Positions 1-12,748 are shown, numbered from the whole stretch's first letter. The stretch is 57,114 nucleotides of DNA, filler included, from Squatina squatina (GCA_031763465.1; 4 parts of 3 records of this genome joined end to end with filler, not necessarily neighbours in it); one strand, 5' to 3'. Numbers and translations: made by a program. Notes: generated from the sequence alone by a model not told the origin.

Positions 1-762
1 GACACAACAGTTAGTTTCAGTACTCTTGCAGGAACATTAGCCTCGGTTTGTGTAGGAATGTGGCTACTGGGTGCGAATAGAATTGAATGCAGCTGTTTTG
101 CCCTCTGTGAATAGCTTGATTATCAAAGCCACTTGAGCAAGGAGGGAAACAAGTACTCATGGAACTGTATCCAAGCAAAAATGCAAAGTCTTTGGATGGG
201 GGGAGTGAAGAATATTGAAATTAATGCAGTTAAAATATTGCCTCTTTATTTTAATTAGCAAAAATATTACAATTGGAAAGNNNNNNNNNNTGTTTCTCAC
301 CTAAATATGCCAATCAGACATTGTTATCAACTCCCCCATGGTTTTCACCTTTGAAATGCGTTTTTAGTAGCTGCCAGTTACTACAAAGGGACTAACTGGG
401 GAAAGTTCTGGTTCACCAGCAGTCATCAATTACAGGTAACTGGAATGTTGATCAGAGTGAGTGATTTGATCAAATTGGATTTGGAGCAATAACACTCACC
501 AGAAATAAATCGGTGAAAAGGCTTTGACTTACGGAAGACAAGAAAGAACCGGATATGTTGGAAAAGCTCTCCTATTCCCAGTAATGCAGCTGTCAGGGCA
601 GATGGTGACAGAAGAGAAGAGGGAGAGAAGCTATAAGTCACAAAATTCTGAANNNNNNNNNNNNNNNNNNNNNNNNNNNNNNNNNNNNNNNNNNNNNNNN
701 NNNNNNNNNNNNNNNNNNNNNNNNNNNNNNNNNNNNNNNNNNNNNNNNNNNNCCTGTCACAG

Positions 763-891
763 GTTCAGTCACTTGTGCTCCGGACCTGTTCCAATGTCTC
801 AACTCTCATGTATGTCTCCCAAAACATTGGCTGTGTGATGGTGATAAAGATTGCCCGGATGGAAGCGATGAACTCTCCACAGCTGGTTGCA
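763..891 (+). CDS. LRP1B: LRP1B-like receptor internal exon (LDL-receptor class A repeat)
   Basis: Acceptor cctgtcacag, donor gtaagt, phase 1-1, 129 nt. Translates (x)[42 protein letters not shown], with six Cys and the DCxDGSDE motif. The ELSTAGC end matches recalled LRP1B. Missed by the ORF track. Confidence 0.85.
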
Positions 892-2520
892 GTAAGTAAT
901 GCTGGAAACAATTGTCTTGGTCTGTCAAGGCAAGAACATAACCATTATACAATTGGACCGGTGGTTTCTGGAAAATGAACCAATAAAGTCTGATTGACTG
1001 CATGATTCAGGAAGACTGAGTGAGTGAGTTATGACAGACATGATACAGATGGTTTACTTTATATAACCCTAACTAGTTCACACGTAGTTAGAGACAACAA
1101 TGGCATATCTTGTGTTGTGGTCCAGTGCATTTCTGGTTCCAGAATAACACTGGAAATGGTAAATCTGTAAACCCTGTAAAGAATGTTAATCAAAGGTACT
1201 GGATGAATGTTTCACTCCTTTACTTCAACTGCACACCAAAGAATTGGGTTGGAGATTTACAATCCATGGGATAGATTTTCAACTTGATGCCTGGGGCAAA
1301 ACTGATATTGTGGATCGCCTGCACACGACATAANNNNNNNNNNNNNNNNNNNNNNNNNNNNNNNNNNNNNNNNNNNNNNNNNNNNNNNNNNNNNNNNNNN
1401 NNNNNNNNNNNNNNNNNNNNNNNNNNNNNNNNNCTGGCTTTCGGTCATTTCTCAAATAATTAAAATAGAGAGTGCACATAAACATCTATTTCAGTTTGAG
1501 CTGTAATGCTGGTCCAAGATTTTGGCATGATACTGCACAAGGTTGTGTTGCTGAGGTGGCCCAAGAGCTACAAACAATGCGAGCAAAACAAAAAAGTAGA
1601 AAAGGACAAATCCTAGCAAGGAAAGTCTTTTTTTTTTAAAGAAATAATACCAGGATTAGAACAAGATTAAAAAAGGCAAGAGGCATTTAGCAGAACAAGA
1701 TAGAAAGGGAGACCAGCTCCTGTATAGGTTCATTTGCTGTTCACCTCGCCTGGAGCAATTTACTTGTACCTGCTTTGGACAGTCTCTCAGTGGGGCTAAT
1801 TACAGTGCCTGTGTTACTATTTAAACTTCATTTAACATTCCCTTTTAAACTGCTGTGGGAATTTCAGGTATTGATTTTAAACAACTTAATCCCGAAGCTC
1901 CCACACTTATGGGCCATCGACATGCTTGCCATGTAGACACATAACCCCAAACTAAAGAGGAGGATTCAATTCCATTCCACATGCATTTTAGGCTCTTTNN
2001 NNNNNNNNNNNNNNNNNNNNNNNNNNNNNNNNNNNNNNNNNNNNNNNNNNNNNNNNNNNNNNNNNNNNNNNNNNNNNNNNNNNNNNNNNNNNNNNNNNGG
2101 CATGAAAATGGAAATCAGAAATACAATCAATAAAATTAACAAAAAAAATTTATTTAGTTAAACTGGGTCTCTGACCGTGTTTATGACTCCACATCCAAGC
2201 TGACCCAAACCAAGAGAACTATACCTGTACAATTGCTGCAAGCCCAATACAGAGACACGGGGTAATTTGTAACGACAGCCCAAAGCGAATGGTTGTAATG
2301 CACTGAATAATATATTTATTTTGCTGAAGGTAATGCTAACCAGAAGTTAATGTTTTTTCAGACAGTGATAGTTTCTGCCAGTTGATGATCATTTGGTGCT
2401 GATATTTCATAAATGGTTATGGTTGCTTAGCCGAAGAAAATAAAGATTCCTGGTGTGAAGTTATCCTTCACAAGGTAGTGAAAGTAATTCACTTCTCTTC
2501 TTTTTTTTTTGGAATTTCAG

Positions 2521-2708
2521 GAAAAAAATGCCGCAATTCTTTTTATCTGTGCAAAAATGGAAGGTGTATAAATGAAACCCTTACTTGTGATAAGAATAAT
2601 GACTGTGAAGATGGATCAGATGAAAGCAATTGTTTTGTCAATGAATGTGCAAATAAGCGAATCAGTGGATGTTCGCAAGACTGTCAGGACCTCAAAATTG
2701 GGTATAAG
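2521..2708 (+). CDS. LRP1B: LRP1B-like exon (LDL-A repeat + start of EGF repeat)
   Basis: Long polypyrimidine tract then tttcag; donor gttggt. Translates [62 protein letters not shown]. Confidence 0.9.
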
Positions 2709-4789
2709 GTTGGTGTTAATGTGAATTTTGTATCTAAATTATTACCACTGATATATCAAATAGTACTTTGGTTGAAAAGCTTTCTTGACAGTAAAATCAA
2801 ATCTATGTTTGATCTCAGCAGTCAGTATTCAGGCTAATATAAATAAGACTGGTAATTTATTTCCTTTACCCTTATTTTAATCCATGGAAAGTCAAAAAAA
2901 ATGAACATATAAAGTAATAATCAAACTTTAGATCTGGAATTTTAAAGTTCAATTTGCCTGCATTATCTCTTTGATTACCTAATGATCTTGGTATCTTTCC
3001 AACTATGCTATTTGCTTCCCGTTATAGACAAGCTTCAAAAATACATGATGAAAATATCTAAAGCTGAATATTAATGCAATTATTTAGAACTGTACACAGT
3101 CACTTCCATAAGCAGTGGACNNNNNNNNNNNNNNNNNNNNNNNNNNNNNNNNNNNNNNNNNNNNNNNNNNNNNNNNNNNNNNNNNNNNNNNNNNNNNNNN
3201 NNNNNNNNNNNNNNNNNNNNTGGGCCATCTCTCAGAAAAAAGTTGACACTGACTGTGCCAACCACCCTTCCACGTCCACTATTGCCCCCTCTCCTCCACT
3301 CCCTGTTATGCCCACTCTCCTTCCACCTGCTGCTCTCCATTTTTCTCCCCTCCCTGCCTTGTCCCCACCACACTTGTCCTCACTCTATGAAGAAATGGGC
3401 CAAGCCCAGTGTTTTGTCATTGTCCTCTGCTTGCCCCCTCTCCCTGTCCATCTTCCCCATCTCCTTCTCCTCTCTCCCCATCCTCTTCCTCCTCCTCCCA
3501 CTTGGGTCCAGTTATCCCACTGCCTTAGAGACCTGCTTGTCCTAAATAATGGAATGGTCTTAACTTGCTGTGTGCATCACAATGGGAGATTGACTAGTAA
3601 TGTACTCAAATTCTTGTTTCTCCTGTGCAATTTCTGTTTGTCATACTTTCTGTTCCATGATTTTGTTATATTTGAGAGTTACATCTGGACTGTTTTTGAG
3701 CTAATTATTGGGTTTATCCCTTTTTCTATACCAATTGCCTTGAAGCCCTTCAAACAATGGATGGCATTCCTCCAAACTCTGGTTCAAGGTTCTGTCCACA
3801 GCCATTTATATTGGTACAGATTGGGTTCAATTTTATTCAATTCAATATTTTATTGGAATTATTCTAAGATTTATTCCGGGGATTCCTGTGGGCCATTAGT
3901 CTGGAGTGCTCTTTTCAAGTTCCCTATTCATTTCATGTTTCCAGATATGTCAATTTTCAGCACCTTGCCCAGTTCTCTTGCCTCTGCCATTGCCCTTGCT
4001 GCCTTAGTTCTGGATTCTGGTGCAAACCCTCCTTGCCTTTTCTATCTTAGCTGCCTCACTATACCAGGCATTTGCCTTGCCTTGGGCCTGGTCTCCCTCC
4101 TGCTCACTCTTCTCCTTACTTGCCCAGTTGTGGATCTTCCTGCCCGACTCGTGGTTTCCTCGTCTTTCTCATTTTCCCAGTGCTAAGCTACAAGTGCTTT
4201 GTTGCCACCTTCCTAGCATAGTGCTGAGAAAATAGCTTCCCTTGGTCATTGTGCACATACAGATGGTCACTGGGATAGTGATTTAAGGGTGGCTGCACAA
4301 CAGAGCTGTGGGATCAGGCTGCCAGGGCTGCACCATGGCGATCTCGCAATCGCTAAAGAGGAGGGGGGCGAGTCTCCGGCAGGCAAGGCCTAAGCTTGCC
4401 ACATGTGGCTTGGAGAGAACTTCTGCTCCTCACGGCCCTACAAACAAACTAAAAAAAAAAAGACTCTTTTATAGGCCACTTCGAGTCCTGATCTTCTTCC
4501 CTATTAACTTGGCCTGGGAACAAACACACTGCGGCTTCTGACTCAGATCAGCGAGCTCCCAGCATCTCCAAGGCAGGAAAGTAACCTGTGCAGTTTTCAC
4601 TCTCCACCCGCTCAGATTCTGTGGGTAGGGTTAAAGTTGCCCCCTTGATTTCTAAATATAAGATTACAATATCAGAAACAGTTGTGGCAAAAACACATCA
4701 GCTAATTAAACGGAGAGGAGGAGGCTGATCCAGTAAGGGCAATGTTCATATCAGTTATGACTCCAGTTTGGAATATGACCATATTCAAA

Positions 4790-5435
4790 AATAAAAGCTT
4801 ACAATGTGATCCTGCTGTGCAGTGTTATTTTAGAAAGCTCAGGCTGCCCAGGGATGCAATAAATGAACTGTCAAATAGCAGCAGATACCATAAGGGATTC
4901 CTCTGTGATCATTACTGCTCGTCTGTGGCAGAGAAGCTCACAACTGCCCTCATTTCTTTACCCCTACTGGGTCAATCCATTCATCTGATGGTGATATTGC
5001 AGACATTGTCCAAAGAATGATCGTTATCCAGCTGCATTGAAAATGTGACTGATGCACTGTTCCAGAGGATCCACAGGTTCATCCATTTTCACAGCGGTGT
5101 GGGTAAATAGTTGAAGAGACTGCAATAACTTTATGGCATTGCTACCTTCCCCAAGGCCTTAGTACAATCACATGGAGGTGCGGACATCTACAATAAATCC
5201 TACAGGCTTCCATTCAGTCAAGTGTGCGATGCTCGGCATAGGATTTTGATTGTGAATGTACGGAACCTGGGATAAATATAGGGATCATTTGTTCTCAGCT
5301 GGTCATTTGTTTGGGGCAGGTTGTTGTGAGATTTGTGTAATGGCCTACAAATGTGCTTTGTGATCCCATCATGGAATTCACAGATTCCGAGCACAGATAC
5401 AACAAGGCTTATGATACAACACACTCAGTCATTCG
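4790..5435 (+). mobile_element. Degenerate PIF/Harbinger DDE transposase fossil (intronic)
   Basis: Frameshifted fragments in the expected order: QCYFRKLRLPRDAINEL, SVAEKLTTAL, TGS..GDIADI, CIENVTDALFQRIHRFIHF, GIATFPK, GFHS, VCDARHRILIVNVR, SFVL, DSEHRYNKAYDTTHSVI. These parallel Harbinger/HARBI1 motifs. Multiple stops and indels; boundaries approximate. Confidence 0.7.
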
Positions 5436-5637
5436 CACAGATTTCTCAACCTCAAGCAATGATTCCAGTGCCTTGATAGCTGCTCCCGAGCTCACCAAGA
5501 CTACAAGGAGAATTTTATCTGGGAGTAGGATTCAGTTNNNNNNNNNNNNNNNNNNNNNNNNNNNNNNNNNNNNNNNNNNNNNNNNNNNNNNNNNNNNNNN
5601 NNNNNNNNNNNNNNNNNNNNNNNNNNNNNNNNNNNNN

Positions 5638-5682
5638 GATGCTGCCTGAAATGCTGAGTCTTTCCAGTATTTTCTGTTTTTA
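5638..5682 (-). mobile_element. Short Penelope-like element terminal fragment
   Basis: gatgctgcctgaaatgctgagtctttccagtattttctgtttt is the reverse complement of the motif that opens the element at 45618. Confidence 0.5.
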
Positions 5683-5733
5683 TATTGGGACTTGAATTCA
5701 ATTTAAAATTTTTTGATAAATATTTTTGAATAG

Positions 5734-5939
5734 GTATTTGTATTGGACTGACCATGGCGATTATCCACATATTGGCCGTGTAGGAATGGATGGAACTAAT
5801 CAAAGCATTGTCATAGGCACAAAAATCTCAAAGCCAAGTGGTCTCTGTCTGGATTATGTGAATAACAGACTGTATTGGGCTGACGATCAGCAAGGTTATA
5901 TAGAGTTTGCTGACCTGGATGGATCCAATAGACATAGAG
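5734..5939 (+). CDS. LRP1B: LRP1B-like exon (YWTD beta-propeller)
   Basis: Acceptor gaatag, donor gtaggt. Translates [68 protein letters not shown], with YWTD and YWAD motifs. [15 protein letters not shown] matches recalled LRP1B. Confidence 0.92.
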
Positions 5940-7084
5940 GTAGGTAAGGCTGTTAATTTTTTCATTTTGAATTTTTTCAACTGATTAATGTTTATGTAGT
6001 TGTAACGCGTTATACATGGTAAATGCAGTCACTCCTCTTTGTTAAGTATGTATGTAACTGAAACAAATCTCAAATGCAACCAGCAGAAAAAGGAATAAAA
6101 TAAAAGCAGTGATATCTGAAAGAACTGTACCAATATTGAACTTTGCAGGCAAGTTCTCAAAAAAATTCCTCAATTATTAGGAAGAAGGTTTTAGTTGCAC
6201 TAAGTAGTGTTATGGAGATACTTAGGAAAGGAAACATGCAAATCAATTTAAGTATTAAGATTTCTTGTTCTCATTTTTCATCATAAAAGCTCAGACTCGA
6301 AGCAGATGGGACAGTCTTTCCATTTAAAATTCGAGGTAAGGAGCTGCTGTGATCAGTTACTTTTGGAATTTATTTAAGCAGAATTCAAAATGTATATTAT
6401 TTTTGCTCAAANNNNNNNNNNNNNNNNNNNNNNNNNNNNNNNNNNNNNNNNNNNNNNNNNNNNNNNNNNNNNNNNNNNNNNNNNNNNNNNNNNNNNNNNN
6501 NNNNNNNNNNNAATCATTCCTTGGCAACCAAAGTGAAAACATTGCTGAGTTTATATCAAATCAAGCTGTCCTTCTATTAGCTGATTTTTAAGTGACTGAG
6601 CCTAGCAAAATTCTGTGGAAAAGTAAGTAAATGTTGAAGCTGTTGAATTTTCTTTCTTGAGACTTTTATTATTGCAATGATCTATTGTCAGAACAATAAA
6701 ATATATATTTACATAGTTAAACACAGTAATGGGAACCGAATCACAACAGACTGTTATCCCAGAGATGATGTGAGGGTTGTGATAGAGTGATAATATATAC
6801 ATTTAATTGGAACAGAGTATAAGACTGCCATTGCCTTTGAAGAGTGCCATGAAGTTGAATTTTAATCTGTAACTGACGTCTTCATGATTCAATGTCTATA
6901 GTTACCAATTCTCACCTGAAAACACGCAAGTTAGTATTTGACAGATGACAGAGAAATGAAACCCAGTGTCAGATTGACTTTAATGATATGATATAAAAAG
7001 TAGCTGATTTGTCATTTTTGTAATTTGAAAGGCTGACCGCATGAAATGTATTTAAGGACTAAATACTGCTACAAGGTAAAATAA

Positions 7085-7282
<198 letters not shown>

Positions 7283-7479
7283 ANNNNNNNNNNNNNNNNN
7301 NNNNNNNNNNNNNNNNNNNNNNNNNNNNNNNNNNNNNNNNNNNNNNNNNNNNNNNNNNNNNNNNNNNNNNNNNNNNNNNNNNNACTTTATTGAATAGCCT
7401 TCAGTTTGTGTGCCTGTGTTACAACCTTTGGTATTTTTATATCATGCGTCATCAGTCACTCTGTCCATTTAATTAATAG

Positions 7480-7614
7480 GTAAGCAAATTCAGAGGCCTT
7501 GTGGGAAGGATGAGTTTACATGCAGCAATGGGAAGTGCATTCCTGTAGAGCTACAATGCGACATGTTCAATGATTGTGCTGATGGTGGGTCTGATGAACA
7601 AGACTGTACTAGAA
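7480..7614 (+). CDS. LRP1B: LRP1B-like exon (last LDL-A repeat of cluster IV)
   Basis: Acceptor taatag (5' edge less certain; cag at 7491-7493 is an out-of-phase alternative), donor gtaagt. Translates (x)[44 protein letters not shown]. Confidence 0.85.
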
Positions 7615-8411
7615 GTAAGTCCTGATTAAAATATTTTTGGTGCAAATATAATGTATTTTGTTATTATATAAAAGTTAAATGTGGCTGGTCTGCAATGCTC
7701 GAGGACATTATTCTGTTGTCCTGTGCTTTGTGTAGCTTTGTGGATTTCCTTTGGAGAAAGCTGGTCAGTTTTATTGATGTGTTTGTGGCAGAATTGCTCT
7801 GGCTGTCCTCTTTGATGTTTGTTTCATGTTCACTTGATAAAATGCATACGTATTAATAATTCCATCAGGAAGTTTTAAAAAAAAATGCCCAGCTTCATGG
7901 AGTTGGCACTGCTTGACTTCTGACAAGGTTATAAATGTAATTGTGTGATCTGATCTGTGCTTTGAATCCTAGTTCAGTTCTTCTCCTGTATCTAAACAAG
8001 GACTAGATAAAGAACTGACACATCTTTGCATTATTGTTTCCAGACTTTGGGTTACAGGCCAATNNNNNNNNNNNNNNNNNNNNNNNNNNNNNNNNNNNNN
8101 NNNNNNNNNNNNNNNNNNNNNNNNNNNNNNNNNNNNNNNNNNNNNNNNNNNNNNNNNNNNNNNTCACTCAGACCATTTATTCCACTGTATGTGTTCTTTT
8201 CTTTTCCTCCTTCCCTATGTCTACATGCAATTTAAAGGCATGTTCATTTGGTTTTTTTCCTGTTCTGATAAATGAATATATCTGAAACGTAAACTTGTCT
8301 GCTCTCTTTACAGGTGCAGATTGTCTTGCTGTGTTTCTATCTTCTCCTGTTCTTGTTTGTGACTTGTAGTTCTTCTGCTATTTATGTATTTTTATTTACT
8401 TTTTTTCTCAG

Positions 8412-8546
8412 ATTACAATGAATTTAATTGTGAAGATGAAATAAATCCTTGTGGGTATGATGCCTATTGCAATAGGACAACGTTTTCACTTTTCTGTGAG
8501 TGTCAGCCTGGCTTTCAAAGAAACAAAGCCTCGAAGCAGTGTGAAG
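8412..8546 (+). CDS. LRP1B: LRP1B-like exon (EGF repeat)
   Basis: Acceptor ttttttctcag, donor gtaatt, phase-compatible with the previous exon. Translates [56 protein letters not shown] and PGFQRN are LRP1B-type. Confidence 0.9.
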
Positions 8547-8589
8547 GTAATTATCTAGTTCTTTATGATATGGGATCTGACTTCAGAAG

Positions 8590-9043
8590 TTGGGGTTGAA
8601 ATTGCCCTCCGGGGGGTGTTAACAGGACATGAAACTGTTTTCACGTGGGCGGGGGTGGGGGTGGAGGGAGGCGCTATCAGCTTCCGTGAAATTGTGCAGG
8701 AGTTAGCGGAGGCAATGCCATGATAGTGCCGCACCACACCAGTAGCATCCTGGGCTACCGCGCAACCGGCAATGACGTCATCGCTGTGCACAGCGACGCC
8801 TTAGTGCTGCACGATGACCCCTTTCCCCCCCGCAATGGACATTGCTCTGTGCCCCATGAGGCTGCAACAAGTGGTGTCAGCGCCAGCCTCAGGGTCCCGA
8901 ACCGGTCGACCTCCGCCCACAGGGCGGAAGTTAAAGGGAAGGCCAGGAGCACCCCTTGTCGCCATCTTACCTGTTTAACTGACTCACCGGTTGGCCTGAC
9001 TTCTGCCTCCCTTGCGTGGTCCGGGCCGCCATTGTGCAGCCCG
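8590..9043. mobile_element. GC/CpG-rich non-autonomous DNA transposon (MITE-like), truncated by gap
   Basis: Abrupt switch to GC-rich sequence starting ggggttgaaattgccc. The same terminus type occurs at 41576 (ggggctgaaattcccc). Internal atgacgtcat-like core resembles those near 22025 and 53010. Confidence 0.5.
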
Positions 9044-9143
9044 NNNNNNNNNNNNNNNNNNNNNNNNNNNNNNNNNNNNNNNNNNNNNNNNNNNNNNNNN
9101 NNNNNNNNNNNNNNNNNNNNNNNNNNNNNNNNNNNNNNNNNNN

Positions 9144-9330
9144 TCCATTTGACCCCAACTCAGCATATGAACAAGTGTTTCAAGGAGATGAGACTGTCAA
9201 AATTAGTATGATGGATGTGTACATTAAAGGCAAAAAGATCTTCTGGACCAACGGGCACACAGGCAAAATCTCCTATATAGACATCTCAGACAAACGGAAG
9301 AGACAAACAAGTGATGCTACAGATCTGAAT
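9144..9330 (+). CDS. LRP1B: LRP1/LRP1B exon, 5' end in gap (propeller with furin-site loop)
   Basis: Translates PFDPNSAYEQVFQGDETVKISMMDVYIKGKKIFWTNGHTGKISYIDISDKRKRQTSDATDLN, then donor gtaatt (phase 0). Basic KRKR-Q lies at the position of the LRP1 RHRR-Q cleavage site. Confidence 0.88.
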
Positions 9331-11276
9331 GTAATTTCAAGAAAGCACTAACTGAATGCATTAAATCATTAAGAATGAACTACGTATTAATAATACAATT
9401 TCTATACTCCTCAATTTCTTTTTGTTAATCACTGTTTTACTTATCTTTCTTAACATCTAGTTTACCATTTCTCCTTTTCTCACTTTTGCTTCATTTTTAG
9501 CTCATTATTAATTAAGTTGTGGTATTTTGAGACTGAGCACTGTGGTGATGTAATACTGGGAGTTAACTCATAGGAGAGTACTGGATGAATTTTACATCAA
9601 GTTTCTATAAATTTGGGCCCGATTTGGTATTATCTCCTGTAGCACCAAATGCTGCCTGCACTAGCACCAGTGATTTAAAGCACATTATCGATGTGCACGA
9701 CTCCCAAAAAAAAGGATGGAACTTCCCCTCCCATTCCTCCTGAGCTCGAACTATATCATCTTTAATTGTTTTTCCTGCATCCTTGAAGAAGCTTCAGCAT
9801 CCCCGCAGCTAGCCTAATAGAGGTTAGTAGCTGGCCATGTAGGAAAGTTAACTATTTTCTCCTGTACCCAGTTCCCTGTGCCACTGAAAATATTACCATT
9901 GACTTCTAGCCAGTCACCAGTTGCACAGTAATATTTACCGTTTGCTTTTGAAGTCATGGGTGTTTCCCTAGAGCTTTGAGACTTTTGCATCAACAAAACA
10001 GCTTTCATAACTGGCACATGAGCTCCACTAGAATCGGACTGCTCTGGTAGAACCAGACTTCTCCAGTCCTTCTGTCCTTGTATCTGGATCCTTCATTATC
10101 GTGTGTTAAAGCTGACTGCCNNNNNNNNNNNNNNNNNNNNNNNNNNNNNNNNNNNNNNNNNNNNNNNNNNNNNNNNNNNNNNNNNNNNNNNNNNNNNNNN
10201 NNNNNNNNNNNNNNNNNNNNNNNNNNNNNNNNNNNNNNNNNNNNNNNNNNNNNNNNNNNNNNNNNNNNNNNNNNNNNNNNNNNNNNNNNNNNNNNNNNNN
10301 NNNNNNNNNNNNNNNNNNNNNNNNNNNNNNNNNNNNNNNNNNNNNNNNNNNNNNNNNNNNNNNNNNNNNNNNNNNNNNNNNNNNNNNNNNNNNNNNNNNN
10401 NNNNNNNNNNNNNNNNNNNNNNNNNNNNNNNNNNNNNNNNNNNNNNNNNNNNNNNNNNNNNNNNNNNNNNNNNNNNNNNNNNNNNNNNNNTATTACAATA
10501 AAGGGTTTGAAAATATATGTTTTTCAATGCGATGTGTAGTTAAAATGATGGAAATAAGCTCAAATTTATTTGTTTCCTGATCTTTAACTTGTGCAAGATC
10601 TGAGGATTCCTTTTTTGCAGATTGTCACTTTACTGGTTAGTTAATTATGTATGTGCATCAAATAGGTGCCTTCTCAAAAGTTCACTTTTCAAATGTCATA
10701 AAATCAAAATTGGTAGTGTGTAAGGTTAGGGTGCACAGTTTCAAATTCTGCCAAACATTTGACATATCCAGCATATCTGAAAAAATATTGTAGATTATTT
10801 TCTCCAGCGATTCACCTCCTTCAGACCTTGCAGCCAGATAGAAAAACTAGAGTCACTCTGGCCCAGTTTAAACTTGCAACCATAGGTCAAATCAGACCAA
10901 AAATCTGCAGGAAATCTGATTTGCAATGTAAATGTGATGAATATTGTATTATGATTTGATCATCGTTTCATTTTAATTCCATGTGGAGAGGATTTTGTAC
11001 AGGAACCAATTTTGGAGAGAGTGGCAAAACAGTAAATACTTACCAATTTACTCACCCCAGCCCTCCCTGTAATCATTGTGTGCTATAGACATGCAGCACC
11101 TTTCATGTATATACATGCAGATTACATAGAAACGTGTAACAGCCATAGAGTCACCCTGCTGAGAGCCAGAAGTATAACTAAGGTAGCTCTACTTGACCTG
11201 CTCATGCAGATTTACTGATTCCATTAACAAAATCTGAGTTTCCAAATGGGTTAGAAGAAAAGAACAAGCATCAACC

Positions 11277-11723
11277 TTAGCTTAGTGGGAGCATTCTTAT
11301 CTCTGAGTCAGAAGGCCATGGTGTAAAGGCAAAGTCCAGAGACTTCAGCACATAATCTAGGCTGAGACTCCAGTACAGTAACTGAGGGAGCCACTGTCGG
11401 AGGGGCCGCCTTTCGGATGAGAGATTAAACCAAGGCCCTATCTGCCCTCTCAAGTGGACATAAATGATCCCACAGCACTGTTTTGAAAAAGAGAAGGGGA
11501 GTTCTCCCCTGTGCCCTGACCAATATTTATCCTTCAACCAACACTTAAAACATATAAAGCTGGTTATTATCTCATAGCTATTTAGGGGACCTTGCTGTGC
11601 ACAAATTTGCTGTTGTTTTTCCTACATTATAACAGTAACTACCACTTCAAAAGTACTTAATTGGTTGTAAAGTGCCTTTGGACATCCTGAGTTCATAAGG
11701 GACACTGTATAATTGCAAGCCTT
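11277..11723 (+). mobile_element. Deu-domain SINE (SacSINE1/AmnSINE1-like), near full length
   Basis: tRNA-like head. Central ggccgcctttcggatgagagattaaaccaaggccctatctgccctctcaagtggac...ggggagttctcccc...ccaatatttatcc matches the recalled Deu domain. L2-like tail. Confidence 0.75.
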
Positions 11724-11966
11724 TAGCAGTGTTTTGATAGAAGGTGGATAATTCAAATAAGGTGTAGTATATTTCTGCGCAAAAGTCGTTATTCTATATC
11801 GTGTCTTGGGAGCTGAATTATATTGTGGGCGGGGGCGGGCAGTGATCCTACTGGTGGAGCGGGGGAGGGCATGCAGGAGAAAGCACAGCACTAGCATCAA
11901 CTGACTGCGGTCCACACCAATCCTGCTCCCTCACACAATACTGACTCTTCCCAGCTCGTCACTGCA

Positions 11967-12167
11967 TTCACTATCTGGTCCACTCCCTCCCTGTTCCCAC
12001 TCCCTCTCTGGCCCACTCCTTGTTCACACTCGCTCTCTGGCCCACTGCCTCCCTGTTCACACTCACTCTCTGGCCCACTGCCTCTCTGGCCCACTCCCTG
12101 TTCAAACTCACTCTCTGGCCCACTCCCTGTTCACATTCACCCTCTGGCCCACTGCCTCCCTGTTCAA
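11967..12167. repeat. C/T-rich minisatellite, unit about 20-34 nt
   Basis: About six iterations of ctctctggcccact(gc)ctccctgttcacactca, running into a gap. Confidence 0.9.
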
Positions 12168-12267
12168 NNNNNNNNNNNNNNNNNNNNNNNNNNNNNNNNN
12201 NNNNNNNNNNNNNNNNNNNNNNNNNNNNNNNNNNNNNNNNNNNNNNNNNNNNNNNNNNNNNNNNNNN

Positions 12268-12352
12268 GGACCTTGCTGTGTGTAAATTGGCTGTAAAGTG
12301 TTTTGGGATATCCTGAGGTTGTGAAAAGTGCTCTATCAGTGCAAGTTCTTTC
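12268..12352 (+). mobile_element. 3' tail fragment of the same Deu-SINE family
   Basis: ggaccttgctgtgtgtaaattggctgtaaagtgttttgggatatcctgagg..gcaagttcttt parallels 11587-11723. Confidence 0.6.
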
Positions 12353-12569
12353 AAAAAGATATGTCTTACAGTGTGAGCTGTAGACGAGACAACATAGAAT
12401 CACCCAAGTTCGGAATAAAGGAACACCTTATTTAAGACCTCTGGAAAAACTGCTTCATTGTAACTCATGCAAGCATTTGATACTTACATTGCCCCAAAAA
12501 ATATTCTTGTGGGAAAATGGATAAATGCAACTTGTAAAGCAAACAATGTAATTTTTATTTCCACTTTAG

Positions 12570-12748
12570 ATTCCTGGCTTCCAAGCACCACAGGGCATCG
12601 CAGTTGACTGGGTTGCTGAAAATATCTATTGGACCGATTCTTACAGAAATGTCATTTATGTGGCTAAGATTAATGGACAAAAGTACAAAAGACTTGTATC
12701 CGGAATGATGGACAAACCCTGTGCTATTGCTGTTGACCCCAGCAGAGG
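12570..12748 (+). CDS. LRP1B: LRP1/LRP1B exon (YWTD propeller, beta chain)
   Basis: Acceptor actttag, donor gtatgg; phase 0 join to the exon ending at 9330. Translates [59 protein letters not shown](G). Confidence 0.92.

Noticed and set aside
11967-12167. CRISPR-like repeat-spacer array (also considered for 16910-17180 and 40900-41090)
   Set aside because: These are degenerate head-to-tail units without unique spacers, with no cas genes, in a spliceosomal-intron context.
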